This document shows, piece by piece, positions 12,151-22,899 of a DNA stretch of 64,000 bases. The notes beneath the pieces were generated by a model. The model had not been told where the DNA came from. It worked only from the letters and a program-made list of their open reading frames with translations, and made no database searches. Within the stretch, counting starts at the first letter, position 1. Each line of letters starts with the position of its first letter. The stretch is taken from NCBI GenBank assembly GCA_015680685.1, contig MNCI01000651.1:1116001-1180000 (forward strand), written 5' to 3'. The position numbers were made by a program, and so were the translations under genes. Source of the stretch: Gnetum montanum (taxonomy: Eukaryota > Plantae > Gnetophyta).

Positions 12151-13739
12151 GCTTCTGTTCCTGCTTTTGCTCCTGCTTGTTGTTTCTCCCTTTGCCTCCT
12201 CCGATTAATGAATGCTTAGTGTTGACACAGATTATTTGGAAAATAAAAATTAGCACTTATCAATATTTTTACAAAATCAATTTATTTGTATCCTGTTTGG
12301 TAGGCTTTCCCCTTGAAAATGGAGCATTTTCCTGTTCCTGGAGCATGGGGAGTCAAAAAATTTTCATGGGAGTGCACTCCTGGGTAACATTGATGACCAC
12401 TCATCGTATTCCAATATCCTTGGAGGTTTGTCAACGAGCAACCTCTAGCACAAGTCATTAATCTTAGCTAATCTTACCAAACATCTCCAACTCGGACCAT
12501 CATGCTAATAAGTCTCATAAATGCAATTTCAGCATCAAGACATCTTATTCATATGATTCCATATGTTCCAATTGCTTCATAATTGTTCAAATTGCTTCTC
12601 TAAATGTTGCTATTTTTGCTTGCAAGCATCGTGGCCCCTAGTCAAGTCACTATGTTCATTGTGACTTGTACTTTAAGTGTCGGTGTTTGTCATGATTATT
12701 GTATAAGTTGCTACAGTCCTCTTGACTTGTAGGTTGTGACGAACACATTGGTGCTGTGTCAAGGGAAAAGCTGAAATCACATAAAACACAACCAGTTCTA
12801 TGATTTGTGGTTTGGTTGGCAAAGAGCTCAAATTGTTATGTGTGCTATAGAAATGGTGTCGGCAATTATGAAATTTTGTCAAAAAGGAAAAATATAGAAA
12901 TGGAACTCTATGTCTCCAAAAAACCATCAGTATCATTCACCAACACTAGTCCATCAAACAGAAATAGTATTCTCCTCTATCAAATCAGCCTATTCAAAAA
13001 TATAAACAAGTGCTCTGATACAATGCTCAAAGTGATGTAATAGTATGACTGTTGAAACACAATAAAGCCCTTGGTTGATACCAAAAAAAAAAAAAAAAGG
13101 AAAATAATGCAATACCGAGGTGTTGTCATAGTCCTTGAAATACCAAATAAAAGATGAGTGTCAGAAATTCGAATTTCATCAAACAAATTTATAATACAAA
13201 ATTGCATGTGCACCAAACTTGTTGAACTCAAGCTACAATGAAAAATCTATGATTTTTCTTTACTTGCATTAATTCACTAGCAAAAGCTCTACTTTAAGTT
13301 TGCTTTTGTTAGGTTCTTCTAGATGATTTATGTTACATGATAGCCTTTTACTTCTCAGCATCTAACAAGGCTGCAACTATAGTATTTGAATCTAGTACCA
13401 AACATGTTGCACTTATTGTTCTAACGATTGTGACCCAATCATTTAAAAGGGAAGAGACTAGTAATAAGGATTTGATTTCATCATTCAAAACTACCTTCAA
13501 TGATGTTTGCTCTAAAAACTCTATTGCTAAATTCAAAGATACATACCATTCATCTTCATCTTTAACTTAATCTCGTTGTAAAAAAGTTTGTTTGCTTCTG
13601 GTGATTCATATAAATTGATTAACTTCTTTCTCAAGCACACTGCTGTAGTACCATTAGCCAAGGTATACAAATTGTCTTCAAAAAAACAAGGTTTGATTAG
13701 AGCTAAAGTCTTCTTATCTAGCTTATCTCAGTCATTTTG

Positions 13740-14200
13740 GGTCATCTTATGAGGCTTTTATCGCTACTCACTCTAAGATGGGAGCTTCACACTTGTGATA
13801 TAGATTGTCTTATATTTTGGCCTAGAGGCCAATTACTAATTGACATTGGGAGCCTGCTACTTTATCACTCTAAAATAATTTTTGGTCATATCGTTGAGGG
13901 GTCAATTTTGTCTAAGACGGCAGTTGGATTAATGCTAGGAGGTTTCCACTTTGTCACACTGAATCATTTTTGTGATAATGTTGCACTTAGTTTTGGTAGA
14001 GGGCAATTACCAATTGACATTGGGAGCTTTCCACTTTGTCATACTAAATAATTTTTTATTATAACACTGGTCCAGTTTTTGTAGAGAGGCCAGTTACCAA
14101 AAGAGCCTTGGAGGTTTTCACTTTGTTACCCTGAATAAATTTTTTTTGATCAGTTTTATTATAGTAATTGTGCATGGATTGGCTGAGGCCAGTCTTGTCA
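13740..14200. repeat. Degenerate ~87-bp tandem repeat (about 5 units)
   Basis: Recurring ttttg..agaggcca.ttac...ttgggag...ccactttgtca units starting near 13816, 13906, 13991 and 14077. Confidence 0.7.
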
Positions 14201-14639
14201 CAACACATATATGTTAACTTCTGTGCAAAATGCTTAATATAAACTGACGTAATGGTTCTTAGTTTTGTTTTACAAAAGATTCTTTTGGCCAAATTATAAA
14301 TATATATTAAATATCTAGCCTAGCTAGTGGCATCTTTCCAATGTTTTTTAGACTTGGTTACAGCATATCATCAAGTATGTATTAATATAATGTAGATTGT
14401 TGTTACTCTTTCTGATTGATTCATTGTCATTACTGCTTGATTGATGTTAATCCTTGATGGTAACTCCAGTGATTTCATTGTCTTATGCCATCGTTTTACC
14501 ATCTTCATTGTAGGAACATTTCCTTTCCTTTACTCTCTATAAGTACATGGATTTTTCCCAACCTAAGATTCTCTGGTTGGCCTTCCAAGGATTCTGTGGT
14601 GTCATTGATTTCATCTCTTTCTTTCCTATAAAGTCATTT

Positions 14640-15710
14640 GCTTACAAATCAGCATTTTCATTTTGATCTGGACGATCTTTATCAAAATTGTCAATGAGGT
14701 GTTGGCCTAGAGGCCTAGTAGAATAAGTGTTTGATAGTATAAATCCTCCTAAAGAGCTTGTATCGACTATTCAAAAATTGTACATGCTTAGTGCAAATTA
14801 TGTTCTGGAATAACAACTCTATTGGTGTAAAACAATGATGCCCACTTTCTTCCACATTATTTGGTGTTTTCTTTGATGACTTGGAGTAGTGGATAAACTT
14901 ATTTGGTATGAAGTCTATTAAGGTTGACAATTTTCTTATGAATATTTTAACGTTTGTTGATTATGTGGTTGTAATAGCAAAAATTGAGGCTCAAATGAGC
15001 ACACATTTTGTTGAGGGCTGCATGCTCTACGCTGGTGTTTTGTGTAGAAATGCCGTCTTAGGCCCTCTCATAGGTGCAACAAGCCCTAGCTCCTCTGTAA
15101 ATACTTTATGAGATAAATACAGAGTTTTGTACTTCAATAGTCTTAGTTTGACTTAGGGTTAATTCTATTAGATGTGGCGATCATTCTAGCATTTGTAAAA
15201 GTTTTTTGAAGGGGCAATATCGTCAAAGCACCTCTTCATAAGAACTGAAATTTTCAAATTTTTGAGGTATTCATTTTTGTGCGACCTCTAAAATGTTTTT
15301 GAGGTGTGAGATTATCCACGTGCTATTTCAAGTACTACAGCCTTTGCCAAACTTGTAAGGTGACACCGAGGAAGAAAGCTATGAAAGGAGTGAATATAGT
15401 GCAACAATCCTACATAATTTTTGTGTTGTTCTAAGAAGTCAATGCTACTAAAACTAAAATGATGATTTGTGGTACCAGATCACATATTACCTCCTTTAAG
15501 TATTTAGGTATTGCATTTAGAAATAGGTACTCATGACAAGATTGTCTCTCTTAGAGGGTCCTTAATAGTATGCATGATATTCATCTTGGTTCTGAACAGA
15601 TTAAAGTTGATACCTCCTTTTAAGTGTTTAAGTACTGCATTTAGAAATAGGTACTCATGAAAAGAATGTCTCCATTAGAGGGTCTCTAATAGTATGCATG
15701 CTATATACAT
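14640..15710 (+). mobile_element. Non-LTR (RTE-like) reverse transcriptase fragment
   Basis: GVKQ*CPLSSTLFGVFFDDLE (~14823-14886), NILTFVDYVVVIA (FADD-like), and VNATKTKMMI and TSFKYLGIAF after an interruption. The FKYLG segment is duplicated with a ~123-bp period (15488 and 15611). Confidence 0.7.
15009..15406. mobile_element. Probable solo LTR inserted in the RT fragment
   Basis: TGTTG...CAACA termini, and RT similarity stops at 15008 and resumes at 15407. No clean TSD found. Confidence 0.5.
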
Positions 15711-15960
15711 TGTTTGTAATAAGTGTGCACAAACACAAATTTGAGCATGGGACATTCAAAAACAAATGTACTATCAACTTTTTCAACCAGTTCTATTATA
15801 CAATTGTGAAGCTTAGGGACAAGGACTTTCAACAATGAATGTTTAGAAATATGTTTGGTTGCAAGTGTTTAGGGTATATGTTCAAATTCCATAATGATAT
15901 TCTATTAGATGAAGCATGTTAGAGTTGAACACAGTAGAACAAGGATTGATGAACTTTAAA

Positions 15961-15972
15961 GCTCTGCTACCA
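15961..15972 (-). promoter_or_regulatory. Primer-binding site, tRNA-iMet type
   Basis: Minus strand reads TGGTAGCAGAGC, 1 mismatch to TGGTATCAGAGC, 3 nt from the LTR end ...TCCAACA. Confidence 0.8.
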
Positions 15973-17904
15973 ATTTGTTGGAGATGGTACAACAGATGAT
16001 GATCTTTGATTATTTTCTTTGTTTTAACCTATTTTTTGGAGAGACATCTGCTGATTTTGAAAGACGTCTTTGAAGAGGAAAGACATCTATTGTTTTTGAA
16101 CAACTTTCAAGAAAGACTTCTATGAGGATAAAAGATATCTACTAATTTTGGGAAAGACATCTTTAAGATGAAATTAGTCTTTTAATGAATATGTCAATGC
16201 AGACGTCTCCTGATTTTTCTACAAACTTACGAAGGTAGTAACTTCTTAGTTACTTGGAGTTTTGAGTTGATATTGGGTTTGTTGAAAAGCTTTCGAAAAG
16301 ATCTATCTGCTGGTAAAATTTCACGTCAAATGGATTTCGTTTGATGGATCAAATTTGGCTTGAAAAAATGCCTCTCAAAAACTGCCTTGTGATATTCTTT
16401 GAATGAGTTCGAATGATTATGATGACTTGAATCTTGATCAAATTAATTTAAGTTTAAAATAGTTGAATGTCTGCAACTTCTATATTGAATGAAAATTAAT
16501 TGATGATGAGATGATTGTTGAAATAAGATTTTAATGAGAAATAATAATTGATTAATGATTTGGTGAGATGAAAAGAAGTGTGATGATGTTGATGATTGAT
16601 GGAATTGTTGAGATGTTGAATGATAAATGAAATTGTTTAGATTGATGAATGATGAAATCATTCAAATTGTTGAATTGTTGAAAGTTCTGTTTTACAATGA
16701 GAGGCCCTTGTATGTATACAATATGAAAGAAGCCAATGTTACCTTGATGGGTGAACAAGGTTCCCATAGGCTAAAGGTTTGAAAATGACTTTTCTGTCTC
16801 AATACATTTACATCTGTCCATTTATCTTAATTAAAATTAAAATATTTGAAAAAATCCTGATTTTGTATTATATAACCTTTATAACTTGAAAAAATAAAAT
16901 AAAATACACGGGTTTGGTCCTAATCACAAAGCAAACTAATAACAAAAACGAATTGAACTTCAGATCCATGATTTGTAATTTCTCACTATTTCCATCCAAG
17001 CAAACATATTTCTCATAGAAACTGCAGCTCTTCATCAAGTTATCAAATTTTATCAAAAGGTGCTTCTTAAACTAGTACACCTTTCCACAAAAGTTTGTAA
17101 TGCCACTAAAGAGAAAGAATGGTTTCATAAGGGGAAAGATGGCTTTAAAAATGGAATATTGAAGATAATGATTTTAATTTGAAACCCAAGGAACTTAGAA
17201 GAATGACCCAAGAGAATACTGGTAAGAGCATGTGGGGACACACAGAAGGATCCTTGGTGCAAAAGCCTACATATATCCCCCACAAGCAGAAGCAACCCTA
17301 ACTTTAATTTGCATTACAATTTCAATAAACAGATTTGCATTGCAATTGCAATAGACATTTTTGCATTGCAGTAGCAACATACATATCAATTGCAATGCAA
17401 ATTAGCACAATATCTAGCTTAGATTTAGATATTTGTTGGAATTTTTATAAATCGTCATGAATTTTGATTAACATCGACATAAGAGTAGGGCAAGTTTGGT
17501 TTATCTTATGTGTTAACCACATCTTTAATTGTAATCATGTCCGAGTAGCTGTGTTATTTGAATGGTTATAAAATGAACCACAATCCTTAGTTGATCTCTA
17601 AGATCCCTTAACTTTTTTTTTTCTTTTGGTTGTGCTCCAATTATTTATTATTGATAATATCTGTTTTTTTTTTACCTTGTTCCGAAAACAGGCATATAAG
17701 TGAATTCATATATAAAGAATGTTTGCACTGATATTTTCTGTTCCAAAACCATGCGTTAAAGTTGAATATTAAAATATGCATGCAGCGAACCCATGGAGTT
17801 AAGTTAGACAAGGTTAGGATGATGATGATTAAAATATGCATGTGAGCAATGATGCCAGTTTTTAAATTGCTTTTCACCTTCATCTCCTTCAATAATTTTG
17901 ATTT

Positions 17905-17961
17905 AAACATTTTTATTTTTCATGTCATGTGCACCATTAATTTTTGAATTACTTTCTCCAG
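17905..17961 (+). promoter_or_regulatory. Putative 3' splice acceptor of a 5'UTR intron directly before the PPR start codon
   Basis: T-rich tract ending ...ttactttctccag|ATG. Confidence 0.55.
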
Positions 17962-20751
17962 ATGTTGAGGTCAAAGCAGGTTATCCCATTCTGTAAGGGT
18001 GCTAGATCTGTGATAATACCTGGTGTCCGAAATAATTCGGTAGATGGATCAGCACAAGATGATGGCAATGCTTCCAAATCACATTTGGACAGTTCAAAAG
18101 ACTGCGGGACTAAAAAGTACCACTCTGTACGTTTGTACAGATTGTACAGCAACAATGACGCTCGTAGATCGTCTTTTGCAGCTGATAGCAATCAGCATTC
18201 AATACACAATGCTATTGTGGAGCCAGATCCTTCAACCGCAAGGACGGATGTTAAAGGGCAGCAATCTGAAAGAAGATCAACGGTACAGAATTTCACCGAA
18301 AGGGTACCCTCTCGTATACCTAACATTGATAATGCCCCCCCCATTGGAAGTCTTAAGCCTGTAAATAAGTATGCAGTGTCCAGAGCTCCTCGGCAAGCAA
18401 AGCATGCTGGCAGTAATAACAGGGTAGGTGAATCAAAAAAAATACCAGCATATTCTTCCTTGGGATCCCATCCTGTGGTGCATGCAGATAATGGCTTCTT
18501 CAGGAACCAAGACACGAGTGGAGTTCCTGACAGGACTTCAGCAGTTCAGGGACCTCCCCAAGGAAATGTAAAATTCTCCGTGGAACCAATAAAAGGAACC
18601 GTGCCATTTCAACCAAATTATTTATATGATACACAGAGGAAGGAAAAAGTATCCTCTCTTGCCAATGATCCCAGCAATATGAATTCTAGGAGATGCTATT
18701 ACACTACGAGAGACAATGGGAAACCTTGTGCCTCTGAAGATGCTGTCTTTTCCTCTGAAATCAATGGTCATGCATACGAGGAATATCCTCATTTTTCAGG
18801 GTCAGATTCAATGTCTTGCTACCATGGGCGGGATAATGGCTTGCAAAATATCTATGGAAATCCTGGTAACAGTAAGAATGTACCATGTGACTCTTTAAAC
18901 GTATATGTTAACAGTAATAATGTACCATGTGGCTCTGTAGACTTATCTGTTAACGATATTTCCAAATGGACAGCCGGAAATAGTCAAAAGCGAGCAGACA
19001 AGAATCATGGAGGAGGATTTAAGAAGAAAAGTCAGGGGGCATTTCAGTCTCTTCCATTTGCGGGTAACAAGAATTTGGTAGACCGTGTGACTTTGATATT
19101 GAGACAAATGCATTGGGGGCCAGCTACCAAAGAAGCTTTAGGCCGATTAAATGCTCCTTTAAATGTTTATCAAGTCAATCAAATACTGAAAGCGCAGCAG
19201 GACCCTTACCTGGCCTTAAATTTTTTCAACTGGTCGAAGCAGCAGGTAGGTTTCAGGCATGATGAACACTCGTACACCACAATGATAGGTATACTGGGTA
19301 ATGCTAGAAGATTTGAGTTGATAGATGCACTTCTTGATGAGATGCAAAGAGATGGATTCCGGCCCACAGTGGTGACCTATAATCGTTTAATTCATTGCTA
19401 TGGGCGTGCTAACCACCTAGAAAAAGCCTTGGAAATTTTTCAGGATATGCAGGCAGCAGGGTGCCAGCCTGACAGGACCACCTATGGCACTCTCATCAAT
19501 ATTCACGCCAAAGCTGGATTTTTGGATGTGGCCATGCAAATGTACAATGAAATGCAGGCAGCTGGTTTAGCTCCTGACTCATTTGTTTACAGTGTCATGA
19601 TTAACTGCCTTGGAAAATCAGGAGATGTGTCTTCTGCATACGAGCTGTTTTGTGAGATGATTGACAGGGGTTGTGTTCCCACGTTGGTTACTTACAACAA
19701 CATGATTGATTTGCATGCGAAGGCCAGGAAATATGGCATTGTGTTGAAGCTGTACAGACAGATGAGAAATGCAGGGTTCCAGCCAGACAAATACACATAT
19801 AACGTTGTGATGGAAGTGCACAGGCACTGTGGTCGCTATGAAGAGGCAGAAGCAGTTTTGTATGAAATGAAGAAGGCAGGCTGGACGCCGGATGAGGTCA
19901 TGTTTGGGCTTTTAGTTGACATGTGGGGAAAAGCAGGCAATGTTGACAGGGCAAGCCAATGGTACGACAATATGCTGAATTCAGGTATCCGTCCAAATGT
20001 GCCAACATGTAATTCTCTTCTGGGTGCATTTCTCAGAGTCAACATGCTTGATCAAGCCTTCAGGGTCCTGCAGGAAATGCTTCACATGAATTTATCTCCT
20101 TCTCTTCAGACATACACATTATTAATAAGCAGCTGCACTACAACAACAAATCATCATCATCATTTTTCAAACCTGCTGGCAAATACAGGCCATCCTGCCC
20201 ATACTTTTCTTTTATCCTTGCCTGCAGCTGACCCTGGTGGCCAAAATATCATAGAGCATGCTAGCAATTTTTTCGACATGATGCATAGTGAAGATCGGGA
20301 AAGCAAAAGAGGCTTTGCAGATGCTTTGGTGAATTTTCTCTACACCTCAGACCTCAAAGAGGAAGCTGGCTTTGTTTGGGAGGTTGCAATGGATAGGAAC
20401 CTGTACCCCAATGCTGTAACGTTAAAAGCCCCCAAATATTGGTCCATCAATCTTCATGTCATGTCAATGGGAACTGCTGTTATTGCTTTAGCACGCTCTC
20501 TTGCAAGACTTAGAAAGACCATGCTCATGTCTGGAATTGAACCCACTCGTATCGATATCATTACTGGATGGGGTAGGCGCAGCAAGATCATGGGTTCCTC
20601 GTTAGTAAAACAATCCATTGAGAATGTGCTCAGCATTTTTCATTCTCCATTTTGTCTTGACAGTGGAAATTCAGGTTGTTTTGTAGGATTTGGAAGACCA
20701 TTGATCGAGTGGATGCAAGTATCGCCTCTGGAACGGATGCATCTACTGTAA
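17962..20751 (+). CDS. Pentatricopeptide repeat protein with C-terminal SMR domain (P-class PPR-SMR; At1g74750/At1g18900-like), 929 aa, probably organelle-targeted
   Basis: Uninterrupted ORF with about 8-9 tandem 35-aa PPR motifs (HDEHSYTTMIGILG...; PTVVTYNRLIHCYG...; PNVPTCNSLLGAFL...), HSEDRESKRGFADA, and SMR WSINLHVMSMGTAV...IDIITGWGRRS...NSGCFVG. First ATG (MLRSKQ) is at 17962; the ORF-track start at 17944 is a TTG. Confidence 0.95.
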   Translation: MLRSKQVIPFCKGARSVIIPGVRNNSVDGSAQDDGNASKSHLDSSKDCGTKKYHSVRLYRLYSNNDARRSSFAADSNQHSIHNAIVEPDPSTARTDVKGQQSERRSTVQNFTERVPSRIPNIDNAPPIGSLKPVNKYAVSRAPRQAKHAGSNNRVGESKKIPAYSSLGSHPVVHADNGFFRNQDTSGVPDRTSAVQGPPQGNVKFSVEPIKGTVPFQPNYLYDTQRKEKVSSLANDPSNMNSRRCYYTTRDNGKPCASEDAVFSSEINGHAYEEYPHFSGSDSMSCYHGRDNGLQNIYGNPGNSKNVPCDSLNVYVNSNNVPCGSVDLSVNDISKWTAGNSQKRADKNHGGGFKKKSQGAFQSLPFAGNKNLVDRVTLILRQMHWGPATKEALGRLNAPLNVYQVNQILKAQQDPYLALNFFNWSKQQVGFRHDEHSYTTMIGILGNARRFELIDALLDEMQRDGFRPTVVTYNRLIHCYGRANHLEKALEIFQDMQAAGCQPDRTTYGTLINIHAKAGFLDVAMQMYNEMQAAGLAPDSFVYSVMINCLGKSGDVSSAYELFCEMIDRGCVPTLVTYNNMIDLHAKARKYGIVLKLYRQMRNAGFQPDKYTYNVVMEVHRHCGRYEEAEAVLYEMKKAGWTPDEVMFGLLVDMWGKAGNVDRASQWYDNMLNSGIRPNVPTCNSLLGAFLRVNMLDQAFRVLQEMLHMNLSPSLQTYTLLISSCTTTTNHHHHFSNLLANTGHPAHTFLLSLPAADPGGQNIIEHASNFFDMMHSEDRESKRGFADALVNFLYTSDLKEEAGFVWEVAMDRNLYPNAVTLKAPKYWSINLHVMSMGTAVIALARSLARLRKTMLMSGIEPTRIDIITGWGRRSKIMGSSLVKQSIENVLSIFHSPFCLDSGNSGCFVGFGRPLIEWMQVSPLERMHLL

Positions 20752-21574
20752 ACTAACACAGCGCAATTCCAATTTTGGAGTCTTTGATTTGAACAACCAA
20801 CCTGCTATTGCAACATCACACATTGTTTCATTTTGCCTATAATTTTAAAAAAATATTTTTTAATATTATACATTATTTAGCGATTCAGGAGATTAGAAAA
20901 TCTGTCTCTAATTATGCCAGGAAAGCGATGTTACTTTTTGCCTAGACATCGATACACATTTTAGAACAATTTTCATGACATTATTCAAATTTGAAAATAA
21001 ATCGATGAGAAACCGAACCCATAAAAAACTTCAGTCAATTTTACATGACCATATTTTATTTGTAAACTAAACAGTGTATCGCCTACTTTCTGGTCATGTT
21101 TCCTTGAAAGTCGTTGTTTGCATGCCACGAGACGTGATATTACATTTGTCTGTATGTTTTAGGGTTGTACTTATCATCATTTGGTTTTAATAGAATACGG
21201 AATAACTTAGCATACATGTGAGAATCAAACTTATAATTTTCAAACTACAAAGTACATGCTGTAACGAAGTGAGTAATGCATTATTAACAAAATTATTTGA
21301 TTATATGTATCTCTATGACACATACTTTGGTAGAACTTCTTACCATTATATGTATAGAAAATGAAAGATGTGGGGTGGTCGTGGGCTTCTTACCATTAGG
21401 CTAACATCTCATTGTTAGAAATTGAAAGTGCTTGAAGTGGGATTCAAATTTACAACCTCTTGGTTCTTTAATACTTGTTAGATAAAGAAAGAACTAATTG
21501 AACTACCAAAAAAATAATAATTAAAAAATTTAGTATGAGGTCATTAACATAAAAAAAAGACTAAAGAAAATGCT

Positions 21575-22419
21575 TGATGAAACATCAATAAGACAATTGT
21601 GTTGATGCGTGCCCATTGACACAGGCTTGACATATTTTTGTCAATGTATCTTAGGATATGTTGACATAAGTATGTTGATGTTGACATAGGCGTTGCTTAT
21701 ATAAACGTGCACACTCTTTGCATTTATGACACCTTTTAGTTGTTTCCTTAGTCAAACTCTTGTAGTTTCTTTTCATAGAAGTTAAAATATTTTTCCTCTG
21801 AGTGCTTGCAACATAGGTTTAAGTGATTGTACAACATTTTATTCGAGCACATCTGTACTTAGATACATTTGCATAAATAGATGTAAAATCAAGATTTCTT
21901 TCATCGATTGCAACAATCTACTTTACATGCAATTTACTTTCTTGTTATTAAGCAATTAATATTATTGTTCATAAGCAATGTAAGTATGACCACTTTGAGC
22001 ATAATATATTAATGCTTGGTAATCCTACCAATGGATACTTGGTACGCCTAATAGTATACACTAGGTAACCCAGTAGCGTTAATATACATCCAAGATGTGT
22101 ATGGAAAATGGTAATGGATACTCTACATTAGGATAGTTAGTTAATTAAGCAGTTAATTGATTAGTTAATTTAAAGACTAAATCTTTATTTAAGAAAAAAT
22201 AATAAAAAGTATAAAAAAATATCTTATGCCTCAACCACACTTAACCATAGACATAGATTAACACAAGTGTGGATTGGGAAGATAATGACTAGCAACTACA
22301 TAATTCATTGTCTAGGAATATCAACCACTTAGGTAAATAAGTTCACAGAATTCGATCAGATCATGCATACATACTAGTGCCTTGTATGGTTGGGCGTAAG
22401 GAATACCTATTGTTCATCA
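21575..22419 (+). repeat. 5' LTR of copy B
   Basis: TGATGAAAC...TGTTCATCA termini. The 3' part aligns with 45480-45815, and the LTR aligns with 51648-52606. Confidence 0.85.
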
Positions 22420-22420
22420 T

Positions 22421-22438
22421 TGGTGTTGTCGTCGAGGA
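22421..22438 (+). promoter_or_regulatory. Primer-binding site, Athila/tRNA-Asp type (decayed)
   Basis: TGGTGTTGTCGTCGAGGA versus TGGCGCCGTTGCCGGGGA: 12/18 identical, and all mismatches are transitions. Confidence 0.7.
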
Positions 22439-22899
22439 TTTAGTTTAGATAAGTGCGCTAAGTATTATTAAACTATGAATCCATACAAAGTTGTTGTAAG
22501 GAAAACATAACGAATTATCTTTCATAATAATGATAATAATAATAATCTATCAATGCACACTTTATCAAAATCACTAAAATGACTTCTTTTCCTAGGAATG
22601 ATTCATCACCACATGTTGATGATTCCAATCAACATGATAGAACCAAAAGGGCTATTGGTGAAAAGCCTCACAGCTAAAAGTGGTTTATGCCCATCCATAT
22701 CCCTATTATCCAAATTTTACTTTCATCCTCTATTAGGATAAACAACTATGTTGGAAGGATATAGAGGGTAATAGTTTGTTACCTCTTGATTGGTCTATTC
22801 CCACAATGCGCATGGCCAACCTCTTGAAATTGGGAATCAAATCATGAGGCATAGAGTATGAGGTAATAGATCATACCTCTAGGGACTATCAACCAATAG

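Larger units (their letters stand above)
5786..12210 (-). mobile_element. Full-length L1-clade LINE (~6.4 kb), decayed
   Basis: Perfect 13-bp TSD AATGCTTAGTGTT at 5773-5785 and 12211-12223. Poly(A) tail read as the T-run at 5784-5792. ORF1 and ORF2 motifs present. Clearly more GC-rich than the flanks. Confidence 0.95.
12950..16806 (-). mobile_element. Ty1/copia remnant: 5' LTR (~15976-16806), PBS, interrupted leader and gag fragment
   Basis: gctctgctacca (PBS) lies next to the TGTTGGA LTR terminus. Gag pieces KPHKMTQND*DKLDKKT (~13710-13760) and DEIKSLLLVSSLLNDWVTIV (ORF 13348..13536) resemble the copia UBN2-type gag. That the LTR and gag belong to one element is inferred. Confidence 0.6.

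Noticed and set aside
17944-17961. ORF-track N-terminus MNYFLQ of the PPR protein
   Set aside because: It starts at a TTG within an acceptor-like tract; the ATG at 17962 matches the homologous M.R.K start.
17949-20636. Short ORFs overlapping the PPR CDS in other frames or on the opposite strand
   Set aside because: They are expected shadows of a long coding sequence.
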